Shown here piece after piece: positions 25,512 to 46,886 of a stretch of DNA of 47,234 bases. The position numbers and the translations under genes are program-made. The notes under the pieces were generated by a model. It was given only the letters and a program-made list of their open reading frames with translations. It was not told the origin of the DNA and made no database searches. Positions within the stretch are counted from its first letter, which is position 1. Every line of letters begins with the position of its first letter. This stretch comes from Chromera velia (lineage: Eukaryota), in NCBI GenBank assembly GCA_018398765.1, contig JAHBMJ010000449.1, positions 1 through 47,234 on the forward strand, given 5' to 3'.

Positions 25512-26112
25512 AATTTAGAGATCAGCACGGATTTGTGAACATGTTTAGTCGCAACTGCAGGGCAGAGAGAGACGTCTCTGAGAGGCGTTGTTACTCGAGT
25601 GGGACCTCTGTGCAGTCTTTCCATCTGCCTGACAGGATGCCTCCCTGACCGCGTGCATCCACACTAGCTTGCTGGTCTCTCCATTCAAAAGCCGCAATTT
25701 TAATTCTCCACTCTTTGCTTCGCTTTCACCCTCTCTTCCTTGACCGATTCAATTAGCTGTTTGTCTTCCCATTCTTCCATTCGTTTCGTGACACTTCTGT
25801 ACGGTGGGCCCATTTCTGTGTTGATTCTTCACTTGATCCTTTCTTCTTCTGTTGCCTCCAGGTGGGGAGTCCACAGCTAGGTGGGTGTCTTTATCTTTGG
25901 CGGATCGATTCCCCCGCTGTACGTGTATCTGAGTTTTCTGCTTGATAGCTGTGTCCATTTGAATTATTGAACATGCATGTGCGTTTGCACTTTCCTTTCT
26001 CCCTTGTTTTGTGCAGATGCAATCGCAAACCAAGAACGTCTTTTGGTTTGCGGTCACCTTTTTCATCCTGTTCGCGATCGGTTTTCTGCTTGTTTATAAA
26101 TGGCTGAGATAA
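14125..26112 (+). CDS. Ferlin-family multi-C2-domain, C-terminally anchored membrane protein (~1,367 aa, 24 exons)
   Basis: Exons 14125-14254, 14606-15189, 15462-16199, 16569-16703, 17180-17241, 17689-17758, 18029-18132, 18527-18678, 18985-19048, 19374-19509, 19890-20006, 20244-20327, 20390-20509, 20777-21007, 21287-21471, 21736-21855, 22175-22279, 22764-22923, 23299-23411, 23885-24149, 24491-24568, 24782-24904, 25313-25444, 26017-26112; phases sum to an intact frame. Ferlin motifs: QASHLPVSDPHGLSDPFVRV, TLNPDFY, DDLIGKTVLDLEDRFF, LRVVIWRT, QETDTHWHSTDGSATFNWRFIF, PVGKGREEPNRDP, and terminal TM helix FWFAVTFFILFAIGFLLVY. The exon 12 acceptor is the least certain boundary. Confidence 0.95.
23142..23256. 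other. Assembly gap flanked by poly-C
   Basis: Run of N inside ferlin intron 18. Confidence 0.99.
24905..25067. repeat. (GTCA)n microsatellite beginning exactly at a ferlin splice donor
   Basis: Direct inspection; the array starts at the GT of intron 22. Confidence 0.9.
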
Positions 26113-26937
26113 ACGCCAAATCTTGCAGTCAAAGATCAAAAGCGATAAACGAACCGAAATGCTTTAGTGAATGCTCCCTGACAGACGTTGAAAATTTGAG
26201 TCATTTCAAAGTTACTTACACACTGTATGAGAACGGCACGAATTGGTGGACAGTGTGTCGTTCATTTTATTCTATCTTAGAGAGTTTAGATTTACTATAT
26301 GTTAACTTACTATTCTGTTGAATTGCATCTTCGGTATGGTTAAAATGTATTCGGATGGATCTTTTTCTCAAAAGACACGTATAAACCTAGGCCTAAACGT
26401 ACCAAACATACTAAGGCGAATTTAAAAAATCTATACAAAACCCACCTTTAAATTATATTTAATCATATTGTTGGCTGGACTATTACACTATTACGATTTA
26501 TAAATGTGATTTCTAACTTTTTTTAATCTTTTTTCCGTTAAATCTAGCATTAAATTTTGTTGCTGAATAAACTTACTGGCTAATGAACGGACCTGCTCAT
26601 ATAGCGTAACACGACTGACTCTTGAAAAAAAAACTGCAGGTAAAAGCCGGCAACTGTAGCAATAAATACGGTTGCATGCTAGGTTGCATGTGTTTAGCAG
26701 GCTGTAATAGGAGCAGATCAGGTTGGAATCAGCGTCGGATTCAGGTTTCTGTCGCAATTAATTCTCTTATTAAGCCTAGTAGAGACTTGAGCGTTAAATT
26801 TTAGGATATTGCCAGTGTTTTTGAGGTGTTTTCACCATTCGTAGTACTATCTATGCTAGTATCTATGCTGTATCTATCTACTAGTAATGGAGCAAACTAT
26901 ACTAATATAACTAACAAATAATGTTGATTTCCTTAAT

Positions 26938-26997
26938 GGTGCAAGCCGTCGCCTGGTAGTGGACTTCTGGACAAACCTAATCCTAATCTTAATCCTT
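26938..26997 (+). repeat. Second copy of the dispersed repeat, with (AATCCT)n tail
   Basis: GGTGCAAGCCGTCGCCTGGTAGTGGACTTCTGGACAAACCTAATCCTAATCTTAATCC aligns colinearly with 6423-6475. Confidence 0.6.
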
Positions 26998-28297
26998 TAT
27001 TAAATGCTGGCCCATGACCAGTAATAATAAAATTAGGAATTAAAGTTCACTAGACTAATATATAATTGTAGCCACTATACATATTATATAAGCTATATTG
27101 ATTGTGATTTGATTGTGTGAATGAATAAATGAATTGACACGGTTAAAACGGCGGGATATGATAAACAAAGCTACTTGGAAAGTGGCATAGACTCCATCAT
27201 GGTGTGCATACGCATCGGCCAGAGGGAACTGAGAGTCTGTTGCATTCTTTGAATTTCTTTCTGTTTGTATTTATGGAGTGTATCTCTCCAATTCACCATT
27301 CCTCATTCAGCTCTGGCGTGAATCTGATCTGTGCCTCTTGAGTTTCCTTCCGGCAACCGAACGAGGCAACGTTCTTAAGGAATTCAAATTGTTTTCGATT
27401 TCACCTCGATCTTTCATGCAAACTTCCCTCTCTTTTTCGCTTCTTTCCCTCTCTCTCATCCAATACGACCTCGAGATCCATTCCCATGCAGGGTGTAGAC
27501 ATCCGGTCTGACGCACGCAACTCCAACTTCGTTCTAACGTCTGAGATCTCTCTCTCTCTCTCTCTCTCTCTCATGTCGATCCTCCCTTACCTGGCTGCTG
27601 CTGCTGCTGCTTTGGCGAACTCTCTCTTGTTCCAAAAGGAGGGACGGGCAGATTCGTTCTTTGACGCTCTGCGTGCATTCGTGCTTAAATTGATACGATC
27701 CTTCTCACACATTTTCTTCCTTTCTTTCCTCTCGGAGGGCTGCCCTATTTGTCCGTCCACTCAATTGCTGATTGTACCTGACAGTCTTTCTTTCTGTTTT
27801 CATTCTCCAGGCAGTCCCTTTTTCTCATGATTCAAATCAACTGCTCCCTCCACATACGCAACTCCCGAGCGTTCTTTGCCTTTTCTACTCTCTCTGACAT
27901 CGTTTGCTTCCCCCTTGTCGGCCTGATCAAACTGACTTCTCTTTCCTTTGTAACGTTTGGCTTCAATGACACTCTCCTCCCTTTTCCCCTCAATTCTAAC
28001 TTGCGCATCTCAGCCGTCTGATCGGAATAGGTACAAACCTGTGGCCGCAACGTCAGTGCAGCCCCCCTGTGCTGTTACTTCCCATCTGTCAAACCTTCTG
28101 TCAGTCTGATTGTTTGCACCCGTGAATTTCTGCATCCCTCTCTCTACCTTTTCTTTTCTTGGTCCGTTCGCGTCCTGACAGACAACCAGAGAAGCAGACA
28201 GAAAGTGTCTCAACGCATTCATCATCTCATCTCATGTTGTCCGCTTTTCTCTCTCGCGTTCCCTCCAATTCTCTACCTCGATACGGTGCCCTCTTCG

Positions 28298-28378
<81 letters not shown>

Positions 28379-28419
28379 ACCGTCCCATGACTCACAATGA
28401 GTCAACTGGGTGGTCGGTG

Positions 28420-28510
28420 GACTACTACTACTAATTCTACTACTGCTTCTACTACTACGACTACTACTACTATTACTTCTACTGTTGCTACTGCTTCTAC
28501 TACTACTTCT
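28420..28510. repeat. (CTA)n degenerate trinucleotide repeat
   Basis: Direct inspection. Confidence 0.85.
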
Positions 28511-28522
28511 GCCACAATTATC

Positions 28523-28567
<45 letters not shown>

Positions 28568-28986
28568 TCTCTGTTTCTTTTTCTATCTGTCTTCTGTCTG
28601 TCTGTCTGTCTCTCTCCGTGCTCTGGACTGCCACTTCCCCCCCTTCCCCGCCCGCGCCTGCTCCTTTTCGCACATACACACAATTAAGCAAGCGCGCAAA
28701 GAAAAGAACGGAAACAAAGAAGCTCAATGACAAAAGAAATTGCCAGATCGATCCAAAGCAATCATTTCTTCTCTTCTCTTCTCTTCTCTTCTCTTTATCG
28801 ATGCTCCGAAGGATCCATCAACGCATCAACCTTGAAACCTGAATCGATCAATCCACCAATCAACCAATCAATGAGGCGGTCTCAAGAAGCAGCGGGGGAG
28901 AAGAAAGAAAAAATAAATAAATAGATAAAGAAAGAAAGCCCCCCACTCCTTCTTGCATTGCTTAGCTCGGTCCCTCAGTCAGTCAG

Positions 28987-29741
28987 TCAGTCCCCTTTTG
29001 CAAGAATATCGCTGAGTGCATCTTGGATGGTGGGGTCCTCAAAGGAAAACCCGGCAGCCTCGAGCTTGGACGGCACAGCCTTCTGTCCCCCCAACAGAAG
29101 CTCATCAGCGAAATCGGACCCGGAAAGCAGCTTCAGTGCAAAGCCGGGTGCAGGAATCAACGTGGGACGCAGCAGCACGTTGCCAAGTGCCTGTGTGAAC
29201 TGGGCATTGGTGCAGGCAGACGGCGCGACAACGTTCACAGGACCCGAAAGACTGGAGTTCTCAATCATGAAAACGAGTGCCCTCGCAACATCACGAGCAG
29301 AAACCCAACTGAACCACTGACTTCCGCTACCCAGATTACCCCCCACACCCAATTTAAACAAAGGAAGGAGCTTTGCGAGCACCCCCCCTCTCTCACTCAG
29401 CACCACCCCGAATCTCGCATTTACAATTCGAGGTTTCCCTGCCCCCCCCGCCTTTGCAGAGGCACTTGCAGTTTCCCACTCCTCCACAACATCTGCGAGA
29501 AAACCGGTGCCTTTCGGGGCCGTCTCGGACAGTTCCTGGTCGCTGCTCTCAAATCCGTAGAACCCAACAGCAGACGCACAGACGAAGACCGAGGGCTTGG
29601 ACTTCAGAGACGCGATCGCGTCTGCAAATCGAACACCAAATTCATGCGGCCGTGTCCGTCCAGACGCTCAACACGGTGCACGCTAATTCAAGGAGGGCGT
29701 AGACACACACGCACGCACGCACTGAGGGAGTGAAAAAGAGA

Positions 29742-29785
<44 letters not shown>

Positions 29786-30460
29786 AACTAAAAGGACACG
29801 TGCGTTCAGCACAAGTGCCAAGTCCAAAGACAGGTGCTGCTCTACACCGTGTCCTCACTTTTGTGTATTTTTGTGTATGTGTGCATGGATTGATTCAGAG
29901 ACAGGGATCAATTGCTGACCTGCAATTCCCTTTGTCCCCTGGCGTCTGCTCTCCATGATCCTCTGCTTCTTGTCCCCCCCCCACGGATTCACAAACCCCG
30001 CCCCTGCAATGTTCTCCCCCGCCAAATGCACCACAGCGTCGACGCCCTCCAGCCCCTCCAGGTCCTCCACTCCTGTCTCAACCGACCACTCAACCGTCTC
30101 GACCCCCCCCTTCACCACCCCTGCACCCCCCTTCCTCTTCAACTGCACGATCTCCACTTCCTTGCCCCCGATGCGCTTCTGCTGCAGTTCGTCGCAAAGC
30201 GCAGACCCCACCAGGCCAGAGCACCCACTGATGGCCACTCGAAACGTCCCCTTAGAGGATCCATTTGAACTATCCTTTTGAGACTCCTTCGTGTTCCAGA
30301 AGAAGTTCAGGGACGTGGAGGCGGAGGGGGGGCTCCTGCCCGCATGCATTTTGTGCGTGGATGTGCGTGGACTTTGAGTTAAGAGGAAGCCGTCGGACAG
30401 ACTCACAGGGCATATGGCAGAAAGCAGACACACAGCTCGACATACAGAGAAGGACACCAT
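28987..30460 (-). CDS. TIGR01777/SDR39U1-family NAD-dependent epimerase (YfcH / plant GC1-SulA-like) with bipartite N-terminal leader, 391 aa
   Basis: Exons 30460-29920 and 29621-28987. Motifs: VAISGCSGLVG (Rossmann), DAVVHLAGENI, PSVFVCASAVGFYG, GFLADVVEEWE, RFGVVL, FKLGVGGNLGSGSQWFSWV, GPVNVVAP, LLLGGQKAVPSKL. Confidence 0.93.
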
Positions 30461-31029
30461 CGTAAAGAAAAGCTATGCCTCAAGAAACGGATGGTCAAGA
30501 ATTGCGGAGAGACAGCAGGCGCTCGAAGAAGAATCACGATCCAGCACCGTCTCCTAGATCAATCAAAAAGCCGTCTCGTCTCACAAGGTCAGTCAGGACC
30601 AAATCAGCGGTGCGTGTCTTTCAACAGCGCTTAAGAATGAACAGAAAGATGTTTTGATCAGCGGTTGCCAAGCATGAACGCCAGAATGACCACAAAAAGA
30701 CAGGGAAACGATCGATCGAGCTCCATGATTGATCTTCCTATACGGGTGCAGCGCGGCCCCGGCGGCGCCGCGGCGGGGCGGCCGCGCGCGCGCGGGCTCG
30801 GCGCGCTTTTGTGGCGGCGCGCGCATACGCGCGCCGAAAAACCGCTGTGCGCGCCGAAAAACCGCTCAGGCCTTCTGCGTGCGTCAAATCGCACCATGCA
30901 AGCAGATCGGTTCTGTACGACAGCTCGAGAGTCAGGAGAATTGAGAGGGTCAATCACCCATCTGAATCCCTTCACACATGCGTTTCGTTCTGTGCAATTT
31001 CGTGCTGAAAACGTGAAGAAGTTTCCAAC
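30461..31029. promoter_or_regulatory. Putative bidirectional promoter (epimerase / TTC27) with extreme CpG-rich core 30743-30870
   Basis: Divergent ATGs ~570 bp apart, a near-pure G/C run at 30751-30806, and the direct repeat GCGCGCCGAAAAACCGCT at 30829-30846 and 30849-30866. Confidence 0.65.
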
Positions 31030-40126
<9,097 letters not shown>

Positions 40127-40795
40127 AGGAAACCAGCAGACTTGTGGGCACTCAGGTAAATGAATGAATGGGATAAACGAAGAGACCGAAACGGGAATGG
40201 GAACCAGGATAGAAAACCGGGGGACTCGATCGCGTACCTTTTCAGTCGGGCCGAACATGCATGGGTGGAGAAAGAGGCTGAGATGAATGGGAACTGAATT
40301 ACAGAGAGATGGAGGGAAACAGAAGTGGCCTAGGAACTGGCCCTGCATGAAAAATTGCATTTTGGGGGGGATGCATTTTAGATCTGTTCTTAGCACGTCC
40401 GCCTTCCTTTTGTCCTTCCGTCCCTCTACGCAACACTGCAACACATCTGGCATTCCGGCCAACAGACATACCGACTAGCATACCGATGTAAAGGCAGCCA
40501 AGAAGATAGAAGGCTGGGCACGTAAGCAGGAAAGCAGAAAAAAAAGAAACTGGTTTCGGGAAAGCAGAAAAAACAGAAACTGGTTTCAGCCTAGGTTTCA
40601 GCTGAGATTTGAAGTAGAATTTCAATTTTTTTTTGTTATTTTTTTATGTCGCCCTCGATCTAGCTAGGTTACTATAGTTGTCATATATAGACGTGTCATA
40701 GGGAAAAAAGCCATGACAAAGGGCAGTCCGAGCAGATAGCATAGAAAAACGGCGACAGTGCTCTAGAGCACCACTAAATCACTTATCACTTAATC

Positions 40796-40935
40796 ATGTT
40801 CCAGGTTTTGCCTGCGGTCCACGGCTGGAAATGCATTGATAAGATAAGGTACAGGATATGAAGGATAGGAACTAAGATAGGAATCTTTAGGATTAGGATT
40901 AGGATTTATGTCGGGAGGATTGGCCTCCCGCCCTA
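40796..40935 (-). repeat. Related repeat fragments: GTGGAC..AACCTGGAACAT core plus hairpin and (AATCCT)n tail
   Basis: The reverse complement of 40796-40825 contains GTGGACCGCAGGCAAAACCTGGAACAT. The reverse complement of 40888-40930 gives a perfect hairpin CGGGAGG-ccaat-CCTCCCG followed by ACATAAATCCTAATCCTAATCCT. Confidence 0.55.
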
Positions 40936-41210
40936 ATGCCGAATGTCCGACGTGTAGCTCCCAAGAAAAGCGTCTAGACGCATCATAATTATCTTTTGGA
41001 TGTTTATTAGTAGGTCCATCAAATCGGGCCATAATCTAGGCTATGATACCCCCCGTGCTATATAATAAGTATTAATAACATAAAATTTTTTAAAGACCTA
41101 TACACTCACCTATTAGTAGCAAATATGGATGTCCCAAGTGTATGGTTCATCATACATATGAATTAACATAACAATAGAATAAATTGATAAACAGTAGATC
41201 ATGATTGTTG

Positions 41211-41316
41211 GGGACCAGAAAGAATTCATGCGCGCACGCCGAGTGATAAAGAAAGCGCGAGGCGGGACCAGAAAGAATTTATACGCGCACGCCGAGCGAT
41301 AAAGAAAGCGCAAGGC
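41211..41316. repeat. 53-bp tandem duplication
   Basis: Copies 41211-41263 and 41264-41316 differ at 4 positions, all transitions. Confidence 0.9.
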
Positions 41317-42282
41317 GATGTCAGGCAATAAGCACCGCGCGCACATGCAGAGCGCTCATGCAGTTTGCAATGCATGCATGAATACATGGAAAAAGAAATA
41401 CCACAGAAGTGAGTTCACATAAAACGGAATGACACAGAGATAGAACAGACGTCAGAAAGATGGACACAGCAAATACAGAGGTAATATGCATTTAAGTGGA
41501 CCGATACAGATGAATACCATACTACATGCACAACGCGTGCACGAATGCAGTCTGACTGACCGATCGTATCTGTTCTGAGTAGCCAACCTGAAATCTCTCT
41601 CTAGAAAGAGTTGAAAGATGAACGACCAGACGAACAGACCTTTGCGTAGATACACGTAAGTAGAAGTCGTATTCCTATACGCTAGCCCTACGTATGCTCA
41701 ACAATGATTAGTGATCTGTATATAGACTAGCACCTAGGAGGAGGCCGTCTAGTCTCGTACAGAAGGTCTATAGATCTCGGTCACGTGAGTCTGTCAATCT
41801 AGCTATTCTACTCCAATCTTCTCATCAGGTAATGAGAAAGCTGACTGTAATCGCATGAGATATCGATCCGTGCAGTGCAGGCAGGGCAAATGCCGTGGCC
41901 CCCAGCCGTATGCGCACCCGAAAGGCGGACATACCATAGCCGTGGTACGGTACTGGCGGTCACGCTGCTTCTGATCCATTGTGCATGAGCCCACCGTGGC
42001 ACAGAACAATCAGAGTGTAATTTAGAAAATTAGTCGGGCAGACATACCTAGAGACATACACTCTAGCATACACTTAGTCTTAGCCCTAGATCTATAGCTA
42101 TGTACTATATGATATACAGGCTAGTGTACAGGTAGACGTATAAACGTGTGAATCGGAGTGATGCACTCCACATCAGCCTCACAGTAGGCCTGCACGGTGT
42201 CGGTGTGCCTATACTCAGATCAGTTAAATTGTGTTTGCGCCAGTCTCCGTCACTCGCTTTCGCACAAACAGGCACACACCTA

Positions 42283-42377
<95 letters not shown>

Positions 42378-43024
42378 TGACGTATCCGGACGGAGGTTGA
42401 CTCAAGTCGCAAAGATCACCCCCTCAAAGAAAATTGGAAATCCAGACAAACAGACAGAAGAGGAGACGAAGGGCAGCTAGAGCAAAAAGAAAAGAAAGCT
42501 TCAACTCTCCTAGCTCCAAGCTCCACTGGCATGCGCGTCCTTCCGTCGCCCTTACGTGTAAGAGAGGACCCTTTTTCTCTGTGAATGTGTTTCATGTGAA
42601 TCAATCATTTCCAAAGATGCCTACACAAATCTATAAGAATTAAGAAGCAGAAGAAGATGAATTGTCTCCGTCACGGAGGATTCTTTCAGGTCGATCCTTA
42701 AAGTTTTCCTCCCTTCGCGTACCCACCCCCTTTCTTCCTTCATCTCGCATTGCCTCATTCATTCCATTTTCTCCGATTTTTCTTCTCTGTACGTGTCGGC
42801 TGGTTCCAACGGCCCTCAATCAATTCATACAGGCCCCCTTTCTGCCGTCTCCGCGTCCCTTTTTGAAGAGGCGGACGCAACGAGCAGATCAAGATAGTAG
42901 AAACAAAAAAACACACCAACCAAAAAACGGGACTGTATAGGGCAGGGAAAGGATCAGTGAGAGAAACACATGCAGAAAAAATCTCACAACGACATGCATG
43001 AATTCAGACACGCACGCAGTTTCT

Positions 43025-43483
43025 TCAGAGGGCGGCCTTCTTCTTTTTGTTTTCCTCTTCTTGTCCCTCCCCTCCAAAAGACACGAGGAGTGCCTGTTTG
43101 ACCCTCTCACTCAGTGCTCTCTGCTGTCTGATCGCCAAGTCTCCCATCACCTCCTCGCTCCCCCCCCCGATGGCAAAAGCCCGCACCTCCCTGTACAGAC
43201 GCTCCACGGCGGTTCCCCTCGTCACCCCGACTTCTCTCATCACCTGCGTGCGTCAACCGGGGCACAAACAAATTAAGGGGAAGGGGCGCACACACTCATC
43301 GATCCAACCGTGTGTTCACATAGATACACATGAATGAATGAATACACATTTGAGGGCGCGTGTCAACCAGCACTAAAAGGATTCTGATTTGAACTCATCG
43401 TCATGTAACAAGACAGATTGAATGACAGTCCATCAGTAGACCTCTGACACACATACATACATACATACATGCATACAAGACAC

Positions 43484-43514
<31 letters not shown>

Positions 43515-43640
43515 CAGAAAGGTGTAAGAGGAAGGAGGAAGCAAAAGGAAAGGTATTCTGATGTTCATCATCACCTGAAACAATCACTTGATGACTGACA
43601 CGTACCCACACCCACCCACACAACCACACACACGCCAGAA

Positions 43641-43672
<32 letters not shown>

Positions 43673-44279
43673 GACGCACGCAGGCAGGCACGACCATACA
43701 TACAGAAGAAGAAGAGATCGAGCTGGGAGGGAAAAAACGCGTCGGAACAACTCCCGAGACACCCGAAGGTCACGACACACACAGAAGAAAAGACACACTT
43801 AATAATTCAATTCGAATATTCCTGTGGCTGACCTCTGACGTCCCCGCCGCCACCGCCTCGAAGATCCTCGTCGACTGCACCTTCAGCAATGCCGTCTGAG
43901 CGCCCAGCTTCAGGAAGGCTTCTTGCGGCTCCATTCTGCTCATCTGGAAGCACAGGGACTCCACCCACGCACGCAGGGTCCAGACCTGCATATATTTCAT
44001 ACAGAATAAATCAATAAATAATCATACAGAATAAATAATATACATCCATGCAAATAAATGCATTCTGCTCATCTGGAAGCACAGGGACTCCACCCAGGCA
44101 CGCAGCGTCCAGACCTGCATCCATCTTGCAACCACACACAAATGTGCATGCACACATGGATACACACACAGAAATACTCAGACACAGACACAACTACGGA
44201 CTTGCTCAGGTTTTGCTAGAAGCTCAGAGACTGGACCAGCAGCAGGCGTGCAAACACGTACACACACACACACACACAT

Positions 44280-44338
<59 letters not shown>

Positions 44339-45267
44339 GAGACAGAGAGAGGAAGTAATAGACACGACACACCGAGACACCAAGGGTCCATCCCCATCCC
44401 CATCGATGCCCTCCCTCCCTCCCTCCCTCCCTGCGACAGCTGTACCTTCGAGGAGAGGTCCATCAGACGATCCTGAGCAGCCACCAGACGCCACTCCGAC
44501 AGGGGGAGGCTCTGCATTTCAGCTCTAGTTTTGAAAAGGGACTCCTCAACAGAACCTGCGGCCCTATGCCCCCCTCCAGCCAGAGGAGCCGAGGCCCCCC
44601 TGATCCTCTCGGCCAGACATGCCGAGGCCTCCCGCAAGCACACCGCCGAGAAGACCGCGCACTCCACCGCGATGGCGAACCTCTCGTGATTGAAGTTCGA
44701 CATGATCAGTCTGCAGGCACATGCATCATGCACGTATACACACGTCGACTCCTCTGTATGTATACGTACGTCCCCGCTTGTCTATCCTGACAGAACAAAC
44801 ATTCATCGCTTTAGGGACCTCTTCCGGTTTTTGCCTGACACGGGCAGTCTGCGTGCAAAAACGGACCGACGTTTGCGCAAATTCATTCTTGTTCCTTGCA
44901 CGCCCACGCACGCACACATACACACATACACACGCAGACACATACACACAGACACACACGCACACACACACACACACTCACACTCACACGCACACACAAA
45001 AAAATGCACACCCGAATACGTAGACGCAAATCCACGCGTTAGGCAACAAGTTGGATCGTTTGACTTCGCCTCCTCTCTTATCCAAACATCCAAAGGCAAC
45101 GATCGGGAACGCCAGACATGAAATCGACGGGCGCTATACGAAGAAATGGGCGTAGAAATTAGCAGCTTACACACAAGCTAGGAGAGGAGCGGAGAGAAGG
45201 GGAGATAGATGATGAAAGAGACCGACGGACAGACAGAGAGTTATGCGTGTGTGTGTGTGAGAGAGAG

Positions 45268-45298
<31 letters not shown>

Positions 45299-46044
45299 AA
45301 AAGAGAGAGAGAGAGCGTGGGGGGGACAGAGGGACAAACAGACATGCTGTACCTCTCTTCTTCTGTCCATGTACACCAGAGACAGACAATACAGAAGCAC
45401 TCACTCAGACACCCACTCCCCCCCCCCCCCCCCCCCNNNNNNNNNNNNNNNNNNNNNNNNNNNNNNNNCCCCCCCCACACACACAGAGCCTGACCGACCT
45501 AAACCCCTCATTTTCCTTTCCGATCAAATTCTCCACAGGCACCGTCACGTCCACGAATTCAATGAAAGTCGTCCCAGAGCTCCACGCCCCCGAGCACTGC
45601 ATCTGTCTAGTCCTCACTCCCTCTCTCTCCTTCTCGATCAACAACAGGGACACCCCTTTCATCCCGCTCTCATCACTCCCAGTCCGTACGGCCACCGTAA
45701 AAAAATCTGCCCAAATCCCATTGGTGATCCATTTCTTCAGCCCATTCACGATAAAAAACTTCCCACAAGCGCTCCTCCTGGCTGTGGTCTTCAACCGAGC
45801 CACGTCCGACCCCCCCGAGGGCTCGGTGATGCACAGGCAAATCCTCTTCTCCCCCCTCAGCACGGGCCCTCCAACGAGGCCACGAAGGTACGGAGACCCA
45901 AAACGCAACACGGGGGGCAACCCAATGCCGAGACCCCCCACAAGTCCCCACAGGACGCCCGTTGAACCCACAGAGCATAGCGCCTCTGCGTGTAGCAGCA
46001 CGGTCAGCACACACAAAGTACGCACATGTGCATAAACACGCACA

Positions 46045-46102
<58 letters not shown>

Positions 46103-46886
46103 TGAGGTCAAAGAGGAGGGGGACTCTCCAGAATGAGAACATTCGGTGTCTCTCCATTCACTCGGGCACGAAGGAAACACGGAATGGCGCAGAAGGACAG
46201 GCCGTAGTGTGTCAATTCCAGCAAAATGGAACGCTACAAAATCCACACCAATTCCGACAGAGAGAATCGCTAACTTGACAGCACCAGGAACAAGATGCAC
46301 AGCTATGGTGCAGTGGCACAGCGTGAGAGACGGGTGGAGGGAGGGACAACAGAGGGGATGCCCCTCCGGCCTTCTCTCGATCGGATATGATACAGTTTGC
46401 TTCTTGCGAGAGAGGCACGGCAGGGCGAATGGGAAGACAGTGCCGGACTGCACTTCAGTCAACTTCGCACCTTACACCAATACATATTGAAGACAGCCGA
46501 AAACCCACGAACTTGTCCACGCGAAGACACTGATCGCGGAGACGGAGACGGCTTGCACTCAACTGACCGTTGACGAGCATGATAGCAAAGCAGTCAATTT
46601 CCTCCAGAGGGACGTCTGCAAGCACCGGAACGTTGAGTTCCTCTACCCCAGGGATGTTGCGAAGTTCCGGCACCAGACAGGCGACAATACCCGCCTTCGC
46701 AGCCTTCCTAAGGACCTCGTTCGGCACCGCTCTCTTCTCCTCCCACTCATCGACATGAGGTTTAATTTCACGTTCGACAAAGGCAAAAGCCGCGTCTCTG
46801 ATCTTTTTGTGTTTTTCGTTATAGTAAGGGGACGCCCACCCGGCCCCCGCATGGGGGTACGAAGGGAGAGGGGTGAGAAAGCTCAT
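43025..46886 (-). CDS. Acyl-CoA dehydrogenase (LCAD/IVD-type catalytic Glu position), ~480 aa
   Basis: Exons 46886-46568, 45985-45499, 44710-44446, 43985-43833, 43243-43025. Motifs: [68 protein letters not shown]. The start is uncertain: a TGCAG acceptor lies 7 nt upstream of the ATG, so an upstream exon is possible. Confidence 0.92.
45437..45468. other. Assembly gap flanked by poly-C
   Basis: Run of N inside an acyl-CoA dehydrogenase intron. Confidence 0.99.

Noticed and set aside
40888..40906. Interstitial telomere
   Set aside because: Only about three TTAGGA units, attached to a hairpin-bearing repeat; better explained as a retroelement tail.
41803..42009. Small ORFs in a GC-richer patch of the third island
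   Set aside because: No recognisable domain or splice context; possibly TE debris but unsupported.
43025..43050. PTS1 peroxisomal signal on the acyl-CoA dehydrogenase (KKKKAAL)
   Set aside because: AAL is not a canonical (S/A)(K/R/H)L tripeptide; only weakly suggestive.
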